NCBI GenBank assembly: GCA_964247025.1
Contig: CAXTSM010000004.1
Coordinates: 3,042 to 67,041 of the forward strand
Source of the DNA: an uncultured Chthoniobacterales bacterium
GTDB taxonomy: Bacteria > Verrucomicrobiota > Verrucomicrobiia > Chthoniobacterales > JAATET01
DNA length: 64,000 nt
Reading direction: 5' to 3'
The translations under genes were made by a program, and so were the position numbers. Shown one piece after another: positions 39,354-49,744 of this stretch. The first letter of the stretch is position 1; each line of letters opens with the position of its first letter. Under the pieces are notes generated by a model. That model saw only the letters and a list, made by a program, of their open reading frames with translations, was not told the origin of the DNA and did no database searches.

Positions 39354-40841
39354 ATGAGCGTTCTTTCCAATGCTCCCGATGGGGCGATGATTTCGCGAGG
39401 TGCATCGGCGTCAGCCTCGTCTTCTCCCCGCATTTCTCCCAAATATTTTTTGGGGATTCTGTTCGCCCCAGAACTTTGGATTTTCATCTCCCTGATCGTT
39501 CAAATGGCGCTTCACGCGCCTTTCTGGGGCACCATTTTGATTCATCTCGGGACGGCGATAGGGTTTTTCGCGGCGCGGGTGGCCGGTGGTTTCTCCGCGG
39601 CCGGCGGCATGGTGGCATGGTGGTTCACCATGGGGACCACCGGGATCGCTCTCCTGGTAAAAAGCTTTCTCCTGGAAAATTGGGCGTCGCGGGTTCACTT
39701 GCCCACCGAAGTCTCCATGCCTTATCTGGTCGGGTATCTCAGCCTTCTCTGCGCGGCGTTTATTTATCGTCAAGTCCCGGTATTCGTCCTGCCAAGACGG
39801 GTGTTTAACGCGTCGGGGTGGACGGCGCTCGCGATTTTTATTTTTACCGTCTGCAGCCTGATTCCCTTCGTGGTGGGAGACCGGATCGGCGGTCTCTGGG
39901 GAGCGCTCAAGCTTTACACCCGGCTGGCTCCGTTGGGTCTGATCGCCGCCATCGCCGCGAGCGTCATCAAACATCCTCGTCGCAAGCTTTGGCATCCTTT
40001 TCCGCTCGCTTTGTTGTCGGTGTCGCTCGTGTTCGCGGTCATCGGCATCGGCAAGGAAGCCTTCGTTTCGGCGGGATTGTCTTACAGCCTGGCGATGCTG
40101 ATGTTTCGTCGGTTTTCGCCCGTGCAGTTCGCCTGCTTTTTGGCGGGTGGGTTTTTCATCCTGATCACCATCGTCGGCCCTTACTCGGACACGGTGCGAT
40201 ACATGAACGTGCGGCAGATGCAGGGTTGGAAACGCGTGACGGCTGCGTTCGATGCGATGGGAAACATGTTCGACCACCGGGTGCGGGCTCAGGCGCAAGC
40301 CAAGGTCAGGTGGGAACAGGATCGCGAACGTTCGACCCGGTTCACCGACGCGAACGTCGGTTATCTGGAGAGATTCATGACGATTGCGGCGGGCAAGGAG
40401 TTGATCCAAGCGGCCGTGCGCAAGGGAAGCGCGGGGTGGAAATGGATCATCGATGATCTTCTCGCCCAAGTGCCGCGCTTTCTTAACCCGGAGAAAAGTG
40501 TCTTCGGATCGAATTATTATTACCAAAGATATTCAGGGGTGATCCCGACGGATTGGATCGGATACATCGGAATTTCCTTCGGAACCTTTGCCGTTTTGTT
40601 TGCCGGCGGAGGGTTGACTGCCGTGGCCGTCATGTGCAGCGTCGGTTTCACGGTGATTTTCATGATGACCAAGTCGATCGAGACCCAATTCCCGGGGCCG
40701 GTTGCGAGGTGCATGGTTTTCATGGCGGTCTGGCACTCCATCGTGGAGGCGGGCTCGCCGATCGATAGTGTTTACGTCGTTCTGTTCATTTATCTGACTT
40801 TGTTTGGGTTCTCCCTCTTCGTGGGAAAACGACAGGCGTAA
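39354..40841 (+). CDS. probable Wzy polymerase (multi-TM)
   Basis: about 10 TM segments, large periplasmic loop with VPRFL.P.K; start uncertain. Confidence 0.6.
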   Translation: MSVLSNAPDGAMISRGASASASSSPRISPKYFLGILFAPELWIFISLIVQMALHAPFWGTILIHLGTAIGFFAARVAGGFSAAGGMVAWWFTMGTTGIALLVKSFLLENWASRVHLPTEVSMPYLVGYLSLLCAAFIYRQVPVFVLPRRVFNASGWTALAIFIFTVCSLIPFVVGDRIGGLWGALKLYTRLAPLGLIAAIAASVIKHPRRKLWHPFPLALLSVSLVFAVIGIGKEAFVSAGLSYSLAMLMFRRFSPVQFACFLAGGFFILITIVGPYSDTVRYMNVRQMQGWKRVTAAFDAMGNMFDHRVRAQAQAKVRWEQDRERSTRFTDANVGYLERFMTIAAGKELIQAAVRKGSAGWKWIIDDLLAQVPRFLNPEKSVFGSNYYYQRYSGVIPTDWIGYIGISFGTFAVLFAGGGLTAVAVMCSVGFTVIFMMTKSIETQFPGPVARCMVFMAVWHSIVEAGSPIDSVYVVLFIYLTLFGFSLFVGKRQA

Positions 40842-40894
40842 ACTTGCAGAACTAACCGCGACGGCGGACTTCAGGTATTCTCGGATTCAACGCG

Positions 40895-42097
40895 GTGAGA
40901 CTCATTTTTCTTTGCCATCCTGGCACGCTGGGCTCGACGAGCATGCCCCGATTTGCTCGGCTTCTCGGGGAGGGAATGCGTGACCGCGGACATGATGTGT
41001 CCTACGCTACCTCTCCGCATTTCTTTGGCCGGTTACCGTTGCGTTCCCGCGGGGCGCGAAAGTGGCTCGGCTATGTTGACCAATTCCTCGTTTTCCCATC
41101 CCGTCTCCGGAAGATGGCCCGGGGGAAGAAGGCGCTCTTCGTCGTGACCGACCAAGCCTTGGGAATGTGGTTGCCCGCGTTGGGTCGTTCCCGGCACGTC
41201 GTTCATTGCCATGACTTCCTGGCCCAGCGCTCGGCGCTAGGTGAGTTTCCTGAGAATCCGACCGGCTGGTCCGGACGCCAATACCAGGCCTTGATCCGGG
41301 ATGGATATCGACGGGCGAGAAACTTCATTTCCGTCTCGCAGAAAACACAGGCGGACCTTCGCTTTTTTTTGAAGCGGCCGCCACATCGGGACGAAGTGGT
41401 TTACAATCCTCTCAATTATCCATTTTGTCCGATGGAAAAGGAGCAAGCCCTGGCGCGGCTCTCCGGGCGTCTGCCGTTCGATCCCGCCGCAGGCTTCGTG
41501 CTCCATGTCGGGGGGAATCAGTGGTATAAAAATCGGGAGGGCGTCGTTCGGCTTTATCAGGAATATTGTCGGCGATCCGCCAATGTGCTCCCGCTCCTCA
41601 TGGCCGGAGCCCCCCCGAACGAGGAACTTCGAGTGAAGGCCGAAAACGGTGCCGAGAAGGGTCGGATTGCCTTTTTGGGAGACTTGACGGACGAGGAAAT
41701 CCATGCGGCCTATGCCACGGCCAGGGTTTTACTTTTTCCCTCGCTCGAAGAGGGATTTGGATGGCCGATCGCCGAGGCTCACGCTTGTGGGTGCCCGGTC
41801 CTCACGACGGACGCCGCGCCGATGAACGAAGTCGGGGCCGACGCGGCCTTCTACATCCCACGGCGACCCGCGAACGATGATTCCGACTGGATGAGACACG
41901 GCGCGGACCGGCTTCAATCCATTCTCGACCTGCCCGGGACCGACCGTGAGCTCGTCGTTCGGAACGGTCTTCGCAACGCGGAGCGATTCCGGCCAGAAGA
42001 CGCGTTAAATCGAATCGAACGAATTTATCAGGAAATTTATTCCTCGGCGTCGGAGCCGGAAGCAGACATTCCGGCGGTTCGATCTCATGGCTATTAA
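40895..42097 (+). CDS. glycosyltransferase family 4
   Basis: SMPRF, HVGGNQWYKN, FPSLEEGFGWPIAEA. Confidence 0.88.
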   Translation: MRLIFLCHPGTLGSTSMPRFARLLGEGMRDRGHDVSYATSPHFFGRLPLRSRGARKWLGYVDQFLVFPSRLRKMARGKKALFVVTDQALGMWLPALGRSRHVVHCHDFLAQRSALGEFPENPTGWSGRQYQALIRDGYRRARNFISVSQKTQADLRFFLKRPPHRDEVVYNPLNYPFCPMEKEQALARLSGRLPFDPAAGFVLHVGGNQWYKNREGVVRLYQEYCRRSANVLPLLMAGAPPNEELRVKAENGAEKGRIAFLGDLTDEEIHAAYATARVLLFPSLEEGFGWPIAEAHACGCPVLTTDAAPMNEVGADAAFYIPRRPANDDSDWMRHGADRLQSILDLPGTDRELVVRNGLRNAERFRPEDALNRIERIYQEIYSSASEPEADIPAVRSHGY

Positions 42098-42656
42098 TAC
42101 CGACACTTTTCACGAGGCCAGCTTTTCCCTCGGGAATCGCGTGAGGCGGTCGATCTGGAACGTCGTTTGGGCGTCCGCGGGACGGCTCAGCCCCCGGCCC
42201 TGTCATCGATGGCGCGCCCTGCTTCTGCGGCTGTTCGGCGCCCAAATCGGGCGCGGGGTCCATGTTTATCCGGGCGTCAAAATCTGGGCGCCCTGGAATG
42301 TCGTGATCGGCGATGAAACGGGAGTCGGCGACGGATGTTTTTTATATTCTCAGGATAAGATCATCCTCGGCCGGCGGGTCGTCGTTTCCCAGGGAACCCA
42401 GCTTTGCACCGGAACCCATGATTACGAGAGGGAAGGGTTTCCCCTGGTGACGAGGTCCATTGTCGTCGGGGACCACGCCTGGATCGCCGCCGAGGCGTTC
42501 GTTCACCCCGGGGTCACCATCGGAGAGGGCGCCGTCGTCGGCGCGCGTTCGGTGGTCACGAAGGACCAGCCGCCTTGGATGATTTGCGCGGGACATCCTT
42601 GCAGAACCCTCAAGCCCCGGGGAGGATGGCGCCCCCGGATCCCGCCTCTTCCGTGA
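42087..42656 (+). CDS. wcaF: WcaF-like polysaccharide acetyltransferase
   Basis: LLRLFGAQIG, WAPWN, LCTGTHD, GARSVV. Confidence 0.8.
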   Translation: MAINTDTFHEASFSLGNRVRRSIWNVVWASAGRLSPRPCHRWRALLLRLFGAQIGRGVHVYPGVKIWAPWNVVIGDETGVGDGCFLYSQDKIILGRRVVVSQGTQLCTGTHDYEREGFPLVTRSIVVGDHAWIAAEAFVHPGVTIGEGAVVGARSVVTKDQPPWMICAGHPCRTLKPRGGWRPRIPPLP

Positions 42657-42660
42657 TCAC

Positions 42661-43521
42661 GTGAAAGTCTCCGTTTCCATCCTTATTCCAATCAAGAACG
42701 AGGCCCATAATCTGCCTCGTTGCCTCGGGTCGGTGACTTGGGCCGACGAGGTCTTCGTCGTCGACTCGAGCAGCATCGATGGATCCCAGGAGATCGCCGA
42801 GCGGGCGGGCGCGATCGTGGTTCAATTCGACTTCAACGGCACCTGGCCAAAAAAAAAGAACTGGGCGTTGGAAAATCTACCGTTTCGAAACGAATGGGTT
42901 TTTATCTTGGACGCCGACGAAGTCTTGCCGCCGGGGGCGGAGGCCGAGTTTCGTTCCATCGTCGAAGGCTCCGGGCACCCCGTGGACGGATATTGGATCA
43001 ATCGCCGGTTCATGTTCATGGGCCGTTGGCTGAAACATGCCTACTATCCGAACTGGAACCTGCGTCTTTTTCGCCACCGCCTCGGCCGTTACGAGAAACT
43101 AACCGACGTGGCAACCGCCAGCGGCGACAATGAGGTGCATGAACACGTCGTGGTGAATGGGCGGACCGCCAACCTCCAGAGCGAGATGGATCACTACGCA
43201 TTTCCTTCCGTCGACGTCTTCGTCGAGAAACACAACCGCTACTCCAATTGGGAGGCCCGGGTCGCCGTGGACCGTTACTTGCAGGGGAGCAATGCCTCCC
43301 TCCAAAGCGGAGCGGTTGGACTTCGCCGCCGCCTCAAGCAGTTTTCACAAGGCTTGCCCCTCCGTCCGCTTCTTCGGTTCTGTTTTGTTTATTTTTGGCA
43401 GAGAGGATTCCTCGACGGCCGCGAGGGATACTATTTTGCCCGGATGCACGCGGTCTACGAATTCCTCTGCGTCGCCAAGACGTTCGAGTTGCGGAAAAAT
43501 GCGCGCTCAAAAAGTCTCTAA
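42661..43521 (+). CDS. glycosyltransferase family 2
   Basis: KNEA.N, DSSS.D, LDADE, VHEH, KHNRYS.WEA, RGFLDG. Confidence 0.88.
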   Translation: MKVSVSILIPIKNEAHNLPRCLGSVTWADEVFVVDSSSIDGSQEIAERAGAIVVQFDFNGTWPKKKNWALENLPFRNEWVFILDADEVLPPGAEAEFRSIVEGSGHPVDGYWINRRFMFMGRWLKHAYYPNWNLRLFRHRLGRYEKLTDVATASGDNEVHEHVVVNGRTANLQSEMDHYAFPSVDVFVEKHNRYSNWEARVAVDRYLQGSNASLQSGAVGLRRRLKQFSQGLPLRPLLRFCFVYFWQRGFLDGREGYYFARMHAVYEFLCVAKTFELRKNARSKSL

Positions 43522-43536
43522 CGCCCAAGCTCTCGA

Positions 43537-44034
43537 ATGAAAGCCCTTAATATTATCAAGCTTGCCACCATATTTGTTTTATTCGCGGCCGTGGTGGCTT
43601 TCGATTACCTGACGGGCTACGAGGTCACGAGCTACCCGGTCTATCTTTTGCCCATCATGCTGGCATTTTTCTACTTCGGAAGATGGGGCGGCTACGTGGC
43701 CAGCGTGGTCGCCACCGCCATGTGGGCCATCACCGACATCATGAATGGCCATGTGCTTTCCAACGAACTCTTCCGCTATTGGAACGCGGCGTCTCGCTGT
43801 GGCATCTATATGCTTTTCGTCTACGGCCTGTCGGTTTACGCCAAGACGGTCGCCGTCCATCGCAAACGGGTGGAGGCCCTCCAACGGCTCATTCCCCTGT
43901 GCCACGGTTGCGGGAAGATTTACGGCGCCGATGGAGAATGGAAGACCCCGGAGGATCTTTTTGCGATGGCGGGCGGGGAAAACCCGGAATGTCCCGAATG
44001 TTCGCTCGCGATGGGAGAGCACACCGGAAGCTGA
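43537..44034 (+). CDS. membrane sensor-like protein with C-terminal CxxC...CxxC tail
   Basis: about 4 TM helices then LIPLCHGCGKI...W...CPEC. Confidence 0.65.
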   Translation: MKALNIIKLATIFVLFAAVVAFDYLTGYEVTSYPVYLLPIMLAFFYFGRWGGYVASVVATAMWAITDIMNGHVLSNELFRYWNAASRCGIYMLFVYGLSVYAKTVAVHRKRVEALQRLIPLCHGCGKIYGADGEWKTPEDLFAMAGGENPECPECSLAMGEHTGS

Positions 44035-44041
44035 TATCGCG

Positions 44042-45280
44042 ATGGCCCTGCGCATCCTCCACGCGATCTCGACGATCAATCCGGCCACCGGCGGCCCGGT
44101 GGAAGGCGTGCGCCAACTCACCGCCGTCAACGAGCTCTACGGCCATAAGATCGAGGTGGCGACGCTGGATGCGCCCGAGGACCCGTGGGTGCGAGACAGC
44201 CAGCTTGTCGTGCACGCCTTGGGCCCCGGGTTCGGCGGCTATGGATTTTGTCCCCGTTACGTGGATTGGCTGCGCGCCAACGCCGGCCGATACGACGCCG
44301 TCATCGTGAATGGGATCTGGGGGTTCAATGCCCTCGGCACCTGGCAGGCGCTGCGAAAGACAGCCACCCCCTACATGGTCTTCACGCATGGCATGCTGGA
44401 CCCGTGGTTCAAGCACCAGTATCCGCTCAAACACCTCAAGAAGTGGCTGTATTGGCCGTGGGGATTGTATCCGGTGCTGCGCGACGCGGACGCGGTTTTC
44501 TTCACGTGCGAGCGGGAGAGGGTCCTCGCGCGGGAGTCCTTCTGGCTCTACGATTGCAACGAAGTGGTCGTGCGATACGGCACCGCGGGGATCCCTGATG
44601 CCAGCCACGATTATCGCCCGGAGTTCTACGCCGCGCATCCTTCCCTGCGGGACAAACGCCTTTTTTTGTTTTTCGGCCGGGTGCACGTAAAAAAGGGGCC
44701 GGATCTCCTGATTCGGGCCGTCGGCCAGCTGAAGACGGAAGGACGTTGGGACGAAAAAATCATGCGGCTCGTGATGGCCGGTCCCGCTGATTCGAGCTAC
44801 GCCGACGAGCTGAAGGCCCTGGCGCGGCGGGAAGGAATCGAGGATTCCGTTTACTGGACGGGCATGATCGGCGGAGACCAGAAATGGGGAGCGCTGCAGG
44901 CGGCCGAGACCTTTATCCTGCCCTCGCACCAGGAGAATTTCGGCATCGCGGTCGCCGAGGCGCTTTCCTGCGGGACGCCGGCCCTGCTGGGCCACGGGGT
45001 GAACATTTCTCCGGAAATCGCCGTCGACGGCGCTGGTCTGGCGGACGATGACACCCTGAGCGGCGCCTATCGATTGCTTCGGAAATGGCAGGGATTTGCC
45101 GCCGCTGAAAAGGAGCAGATGCGGGAGCAGGCGCGTCGAACCTTCCTGGCGCGCTATCTCGTCGAAGTCGGGGCCAAAGACATGGTGAAAAGCATCTATC
45201 TCATCATGGCTGGCCGGAAGGCCGAGGCTTTCTATCGCGACCGGGCGAATCGACTTTCCAACCTCGCCGCGCGGCCCTGA
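44042..45280 (+). CDS. glycosyltransferase family 4
   Basis: GGP, HGMLDPW, GRVH.KKG, PSHQENFGIAVAEAL. Confidence 0.9.
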   Translation: MALRILHAISTINPATGGPVEGVRQLTAVNELYGHKIEVATLDAPEDPWVRDSQLVVHALGPGFGGYGFCPRYVDWLRANAGRYDAVIVNGIWGFNALGTWQALRKTATPYMVFTHGMLDPWFKHQYPLKHLKKWLYWPWGLYPVLRDADAVFFTCERERVLARESFWLYDCNEVVVRYGTAGIPDASHDYRPEFYAAHPSLRDKRLFLFFGRVHVKKGPDLLIRAVGQLKTEGRWDEKIMRLVMAGPADSSYADELKALARREGIEDSVYWTGMIGGDQKWGALQAAETFILPSHQENFGIAVAEALSCGTPALLGHGVNISPEIAVDGAGLADDDTLSGAYRLLRKWQGFAAAEKEQMREQARRTFLARYLVEVGAKDMVKSIYLIMAGRKAEAFYRDRANRLSNLAARP

Positions 45281-45425
45281 CCGCGCCTTTTCTGCCCGCG
45301 AAAGAATGCGGAGGAAATCTCGCCCGCTTTCAAATGACCATCAGCAATCCTCCGGCCATCACGTCGGGCGCGCATCGCGTTCGTGATGCCGGCACGGGGG
45401 CGCGCATGATCGCGGACCGGCTGCC

Positions 45426-47480
45426 TTGAAGTCCCGCCTGGGACCCGTCGCGCTCCTGGCGATCCTGGGGGCCGGAGGAGTGTGGAGCGCCGGGTTTCCC
45501 CGCGAAGCTCTCTCGCGAGGCGGTTGGGGCATCGATGCCTGCCTCTCGGTCCACGTGCCGCGCTCGGAGGTGCCCGGCTATTTGCGCCTGCTGCACACCT
45601 CCGGCATCCGGTGGCTGCGCGAGAGAGAACTCGGCGCGGCGGGTCCGGACGTCCCCGCCCGGCGGGATCGACTCGACACGTGGCGGGAAATGAAGGGCGA
45701 GGGTTTCCGCGTGGTGGCTTTTGCTTCGCTGCCGCGGAATATTCCGGTCACCCGGTCCGATGGGCAATTACCGGAGAACTTGATCGAAGTTTTCCGCCAA
45801 TCGCAGGACCTGGCCCGGCTTGCCGCCGGAAAGGTGGATGCCTGGGAAACAAACGGAGAACCGGAGACCTTCTACATGAAAGACTTGCCTGATCGGGTCG
45901 TCGCCTACCAAAAAGCGGTCTACCTCGGAATCAAGTCGGGCGCCGCGATGCGGCCTCTCCCGATCGGCGGCTTGCGAAATCGTCCGAGGGCCCGCCGGGC
46001 CCCGGGGGTGCTGATGGGCGCGCTGGCTTTTCCCCCGGGGCCCTGGCTCGAAGCGGCGGCGGAGAACGGAATCTACGACTACACCGATGCCGTGAACTTT
46101 CATCACTACGGCTTCGGCCATTCCTTGCCTGAAGTGATCCAGGCCCAACGCGCATTTGCCGCCCGCTGGACTCACGACCGGGCGCTGCCGCTCTGGCTCA
46201 CGGAGGTGGGCCTGAACAATGTTCCTTACGGCGATTTCGAGAACCCTTCCGCCCGCCAGGCGCAGGCCGACTACCTCGTGACCTGCGCGCGCGCCGCCAT
46301 CGCCGGCCGGCTGGCCGTGTTCATGCCGTTTGTTCTGGTTCATCGCGGCGACCCCTTTGGGATGACGAATGCCGCGGATGACGTCCGGCCGGCTTGGCGG
46401 GATTATCGGGATTTCACGCGCCGGGAATCGCTTCCCGCGCAACCGGTCTTCGCTCCGCCCGTCGCGCCGGACCCGGTGATCCTGCAATGGATCCCGGACG
46501 AAGTGGACGGCGGCATCGCCAGTAAAATCTCGCGCAGTTACTGGTTCGAACGCTCGGGGCCAGCGCGGTGGCTCCCCCTGGAGGGCTCGGTCCACGTCTA
46601 CAATTTGTCGGCGGCATCGGTGAAGGTTCGTCTGGTCATGACGGCGGGACGGGATCTCGTCCCCGCGGGGACGACTTCCCTTCCGACGGAAGCGCTGGAA
46701 TTGGCGCCGTTCTCGCGGAAAATCGTTCCGCTCACGTTTCGCGCGCCGACGGCGGGATACCGTCGGGAGACCGTGCGGCTCCAGGCGCAGACCTTGTCCG
46801 ATTCGGACCAGGTGACCGCGATCTCTCCGCTGAGCTTCACGCTGGAAACCGCCCCGGCGGTTGATTTACCCCACCGTGCCGAGCCTCTCGCCCTGGCCCG
46901 GCCGGAACGATCCCCCGCGGGCGCGCCGCCTTTCGCGTCGATCTCCGGGGCGGCGCCGCTCGAGCCGGCCGAAGAACTCGGGCCCTGGCTCGGAATCAAT
47001 GGGACCAAAATTTCCGCGCTCGATTCGGGAAAAGTCGCTTTCCACGTTACGGATCGGAAGATCGATCCGCTCTCCCCCCCGATGGCGATCGCCGCTCTCC
47101 CGGGGGGGCTGCCCGATCTGGAAAACGGTTTCCTGCATCTGGTCGCGACCACGGCGGATGGCAAACCGGCCTCAATCCGCGTGGATTTGATCGACGCCGA
47201 TGGACAACGGTTTTCCATCGTCGAGAATCTGGGCCGCAATCCCCTGACCGAAGTGACCGCGTCGGTCTTGATGGCTTACGCTGATTTCCATCCCTGGGTT
47301 TTCGGGCGATGCGTCGCCGGCCGGGAGCGCCTCGATCCCCGCCGGGTCCGTGAAATTCAGCTGCGATTTTTCGACGCGGGAAAAGCGACCGCTTTCCGCG
47401 TCCAACTGGAGGCCGTGGGATTCCCCCCGAAACCGGCGAGCCAAAAAACGACCGACTCCCCCCTCGATTTTCAGGAATGA
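45426..47480 (+). CDS. secreted glycoside hydrolase, clan GH-A-like, with C-terminal accessory domains
   Basis: signal peptide; WETNGEPE (acid/base), NFHHY, PLWLTEVG (nucleophile). Confidence 0.65.
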   Translation: MKSRLGPVALLAILGAGGVWSAGFPREALSRGGWGIDACLSVHVPRSEVPGYLRLLHTSGIRWLRERELGAAGPDVPARRDRLDTWREMKGEGFRVVAFASLPRNIPVTRSDGQLPENLIEVFRQSQDLARLAAGKVDAWETNGEPETFYMKDLPDRVVAYQKAVYLGIKSGAAMRPLPIGGLRNRPRARRAPGVLMGALAFPPGPWLEAAAENGIYDYTDAVNFHHYGFGHSLPEVIQAQRAFAARWTHDRALPLWLTEVGLNNVPYGDFENPSARQAQADYLVTCARAAIAGRLAVFMPFVLVHRGDPFGMTNAADDVRPAWRDYRDFTRRESLPAQPVFAPPVAPDPVILQWIPDEVDGGIASKISRSYWFERSGPARWLPLEGSVHVYNLSAASVKVRLVMTAGRDLVPAGTTSLPTEALELAPFSRKIVPLTFRAPTAGYRRETVRLQAQTLSDSDQVTAISPLSFTLETAPAVDLPHRAEPLALARPERSPAGAPPFASISGAAPLEPAEELGPWLGINGTKISALDSGKVAFHVTDRKIDPLSPPMAIAALPGGLPDLENGFLHLVATTADGKPASIRVDLIDADGQRFSIVENLGRNPLTEVTASVLMAYADFHPWVFGRCVAGRERLDPRRVREIQLRFFDAGKATAFRVQLEAVGFPPKPASQKTTDSPLDFQE

Positions 47481-48238
47481 GCATCCAAATTCTCGGCGTG
47501 GATTTTCGAACCGACGGTCCGGCGCTTCCCGCTCGACTGGAAGGCGCGGGGCTCGTGGTGGTGCCGTCCGGGCCGGGTCTCGCGGGCGACCTGGTCTCCC
47601 GCCGGGTTTATCGCGAGGCCTTGGCCAAGGCGGATTGGGTGATCCCCGACAGCGGCTTGATGGTGCTGGTGTGGAACGCGCTTCATTGGCGGGAACCGGC
47701 GCGGCGGATCGAACGTTATTCCGGCCTGCGGCTTCTGCGGGAAGTTTTGGTCCGGCCGGAGGTGCAACTGCCCGGCGCAAGTTTTTGGATCATGCCCAGC
47801 GCCCCGGAACAAGACCGAAATCTCGAATGGCTGCGCGCGAACGGCTTCTCCTCCCTCACCGATGAGCATTGTTATGTCGCGCCGATGTATCGGCCCTCCC
47901 CGGATGGCGCCATCGAAGATCCCGCCCTGGCCGACGAACTCGAGCGGCGGCGCCCCAAGGTGATTTTTCTCAACGTCGGAGGCGGCACGCAGGAGCAGTT
48001 GGGCTGGTATCTGCGGCAGCGATTATCCTATCGTCCGGCCATCCTTTGCACGGGCGCCGCCATCGCGTTCCTGACCGGTGGCCAGGCGTCCATCCCGCCG
48101 TGGGCGGATCGCTTTTATCTGGGCTGGCTTCTTCGCACCTGCCAGGACCCGGCGAAATTCGGTCGCCGCTACTGGGACTCGATCGGCTTGATCGGGCTTC
48201 TGGCGCGATACCGCGAACGATCCCCGGTGACCGATTGA
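47477..48238 (+). CDS. WecB/TagA/CpsF family glycosyltransferase
   Basis: AD..IPDSG, R.SG, GGGTQE, GAAIAF, GWLLR...DP. Confidence 0.82.
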   Translation: MSIQILGVDFRTDGPALPARLEGAGLVVVPSGPGLAGDLVSRRVYREALAKADWVIPDSGLMVLVWNALHWREPARRIERYSGLRLLREVLVRPEVQLPGASFWIMPSAPEQDRNLEWLRANGFSSLTDEHCYVAPMYRPSPDGAIEDPALADELERRRPKVIFLNVGGGTQEQLGWYLRQRLSYRPAILCTGAAIAFLTGGQASIPPWADRFYLGWLLRTCQDPAKFGRRYWDSIGLIGLLARYRERSPVTD

Positions 48239-48257
48239 TCCCGATTGAAGCGAAGAC

Positions 48258-48286
48258 GCCGCCGAAATTCCCGGCGGCTTTTTTTT
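48258..48286 (+). terminator. intrinsic terminator
   Basis: GCCGCCG-AAATTCC-CGGCGGC followed by T8. Confidence 0.8.
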
Positions 48287-48295
48287 GGCTCGAGC

Positions 48296-49708
48296 TCAGT
48301 AGGCCGACTTCGGCGGCCTCACGATCTGGAAGGCGGTTTTGGCGATGATGAGCATGTCCAACGGCAGCGACCATCGCTCGATGTAGTCGATGTCGCAGGC
48401 GACGCGCTTGCGGATGTCTTCATGGGTGCGAGCCTCGCCTCGGAAACCCTGCACCTGGGCGAGACCGGTCACGCCCGGCTTGACGAAAGCGCGGACATGG
48501 TAGTTCGCCATGATGGCGGCAAATTCTTCATTGTGCTCGAGCATATGCGGCCGGGGGCCGACCACGCTCATGTCGCCGAAGAGCACGTTGAGGAATTGGG
48601 GGATCTCGTCGATGCTGGTCTTCCGAAGAAGCCGCCCGAGCGAGAAGACCCGCTCGTCGGTCTCCCTAGCTTGCTCGGTGGAGGGGCATTCCGAAAAGTG
48701 CATCGTGCGAAATTTGACGATCTCGAACCGTCGGTTCTGGATCCCGGCCCGGGTCTGGCGAAAAAACAACGGCCCCGGAGATTGGTTCCGATGAATGAGC
48801 CAGACCGCGAGGGCCAGCGGAGGCAGGACCACCGCCACGGCGAACAAGGCGATCGAGATGTCGAACGCCCGTTTGAAGACGCGATTGAGGGGATCCTGCA
48901 AGGGTTCCTCCCGGAGCGTGATGAAATCCACGCCGAATTGACGGTAAAACCGAAGCGAATGCCGGAATGTCTCCGAGAGGTTATTCATGACGATCATCCG
49001 CACGCCCGCTCGATCGGTGGTATCGACGAGAAAGTCGAGCACCTCCTTGTCCCGCGGCACGTCCAGGACGATGACGGTCTCGATGCGGATTTTTTCCAGG
49101 ATCGCCTTGAGATCGCCCGCTTCTCCGACGATCGGAAATCGCTGAATCGTTTTGGTTCGAACGGTTTTTTCCTCCGTGAGCAGGCCAACGATGCTCACGC
49201 CGTAGCTTTCCATCCGCCGCAGCCAGCGTCGCATCCGTCCGATGCGGGGGAGCCGGCCGATGAGGAGGGCCGGCAGCTGATTCGCGCCGCTGAAGAAGAT
49301 CCGGCTGAGACGGCTGGGAATCAACGTATTACCGGCGAAAAGCGCGACGGGAAGGGCGACCAGGTAAACGAGCAAGAACAAACGCGAGATCGTCATATCC
49401 TTCGTGAGAACGAGCATCACCGCCAGCGCCCCCGCGACGTGGAGCGTTTGGCTCACGGAGAGCCGAATGTTTTGCACGGGATCGAGGGCCTGCAAATTCA
49501 GACGGCTCGAGTCGGTTTGATAAAGCTGGAGCAGCAGGCCCCCGATAGAGATCAGGTTATAGGCCAGATAGGACTCTCCATGGCTGACGAGGTCGCGCAC
49601 GCCGAAGATCCCGAGCGCGAGCACCCAGAACCAGAAGCAAAGCGTGAGCACGCCCGCTTGGGCGAACGAGTAGGCGTTGAAAAGCCCGACCTCCCGGGAA
49701 CGAATCAT
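48296..49708 (-). CDS. polyprenyl-phosphate glycosyl-1-phosphate transferase (WcaJ-like priming enzyme)
   Basis: KRAFD, KFRTM, LRKTSIDEIPQF.NVL.GDMSVVGPRP, KPGVTGLAQV. Confidence 0.92.
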   Translation of the reverse strand: MIRSREVGLFNAYSFAQAGVLTLCFWFWVLALGIFGVRDLVSHGESYLAYNLISIGGLLLQLYQTDSSRLNLQALDPVQNIRLSVSQTLHVAGALAVMLVLTKDMTISRLFLLVYLVALPVALFAGNTLIPSRLSRIFFSGANQLPALLIGRLPRIGRMRRWLRRMESYGVSIVGLLTEEKTVRTKTIQRFPIVGEAGDLKAILEKIRIETVIVLDVPRDKEVLDFLVDTTDRAGVRMIVMNNLSETFRHSLRFYRQFGVDFITLREEPLQDPLNRVFKRAFDISIALFAVAVVLPPLALAVWLIHRNQSPGPLFFRQTRAGIQNRRFEIVKFRTMHFSECPSTEQARETDERVFSLGRLLRKTSIDEIPQFLNVLFGDMSVVGPRPHMLEHNEEFAAIMANYHVRAFVKPGVTGLAQVQGFRGEARTHEDIRKRVACDIDYIERWSLPLDMLIIAKTAFQIVRPPKSAY

Positions 49709-49744
49709 GAGAAACGGATGGGACGAGGACGAAACGCGGGCAAG

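Noticed and set aside
48267..48277. ATTCCCGGCGG matching the tRNA-Arg 3' region as a possible att site
   Set aside because: Only 11 nt, part of a terminator stem, and no integrase present
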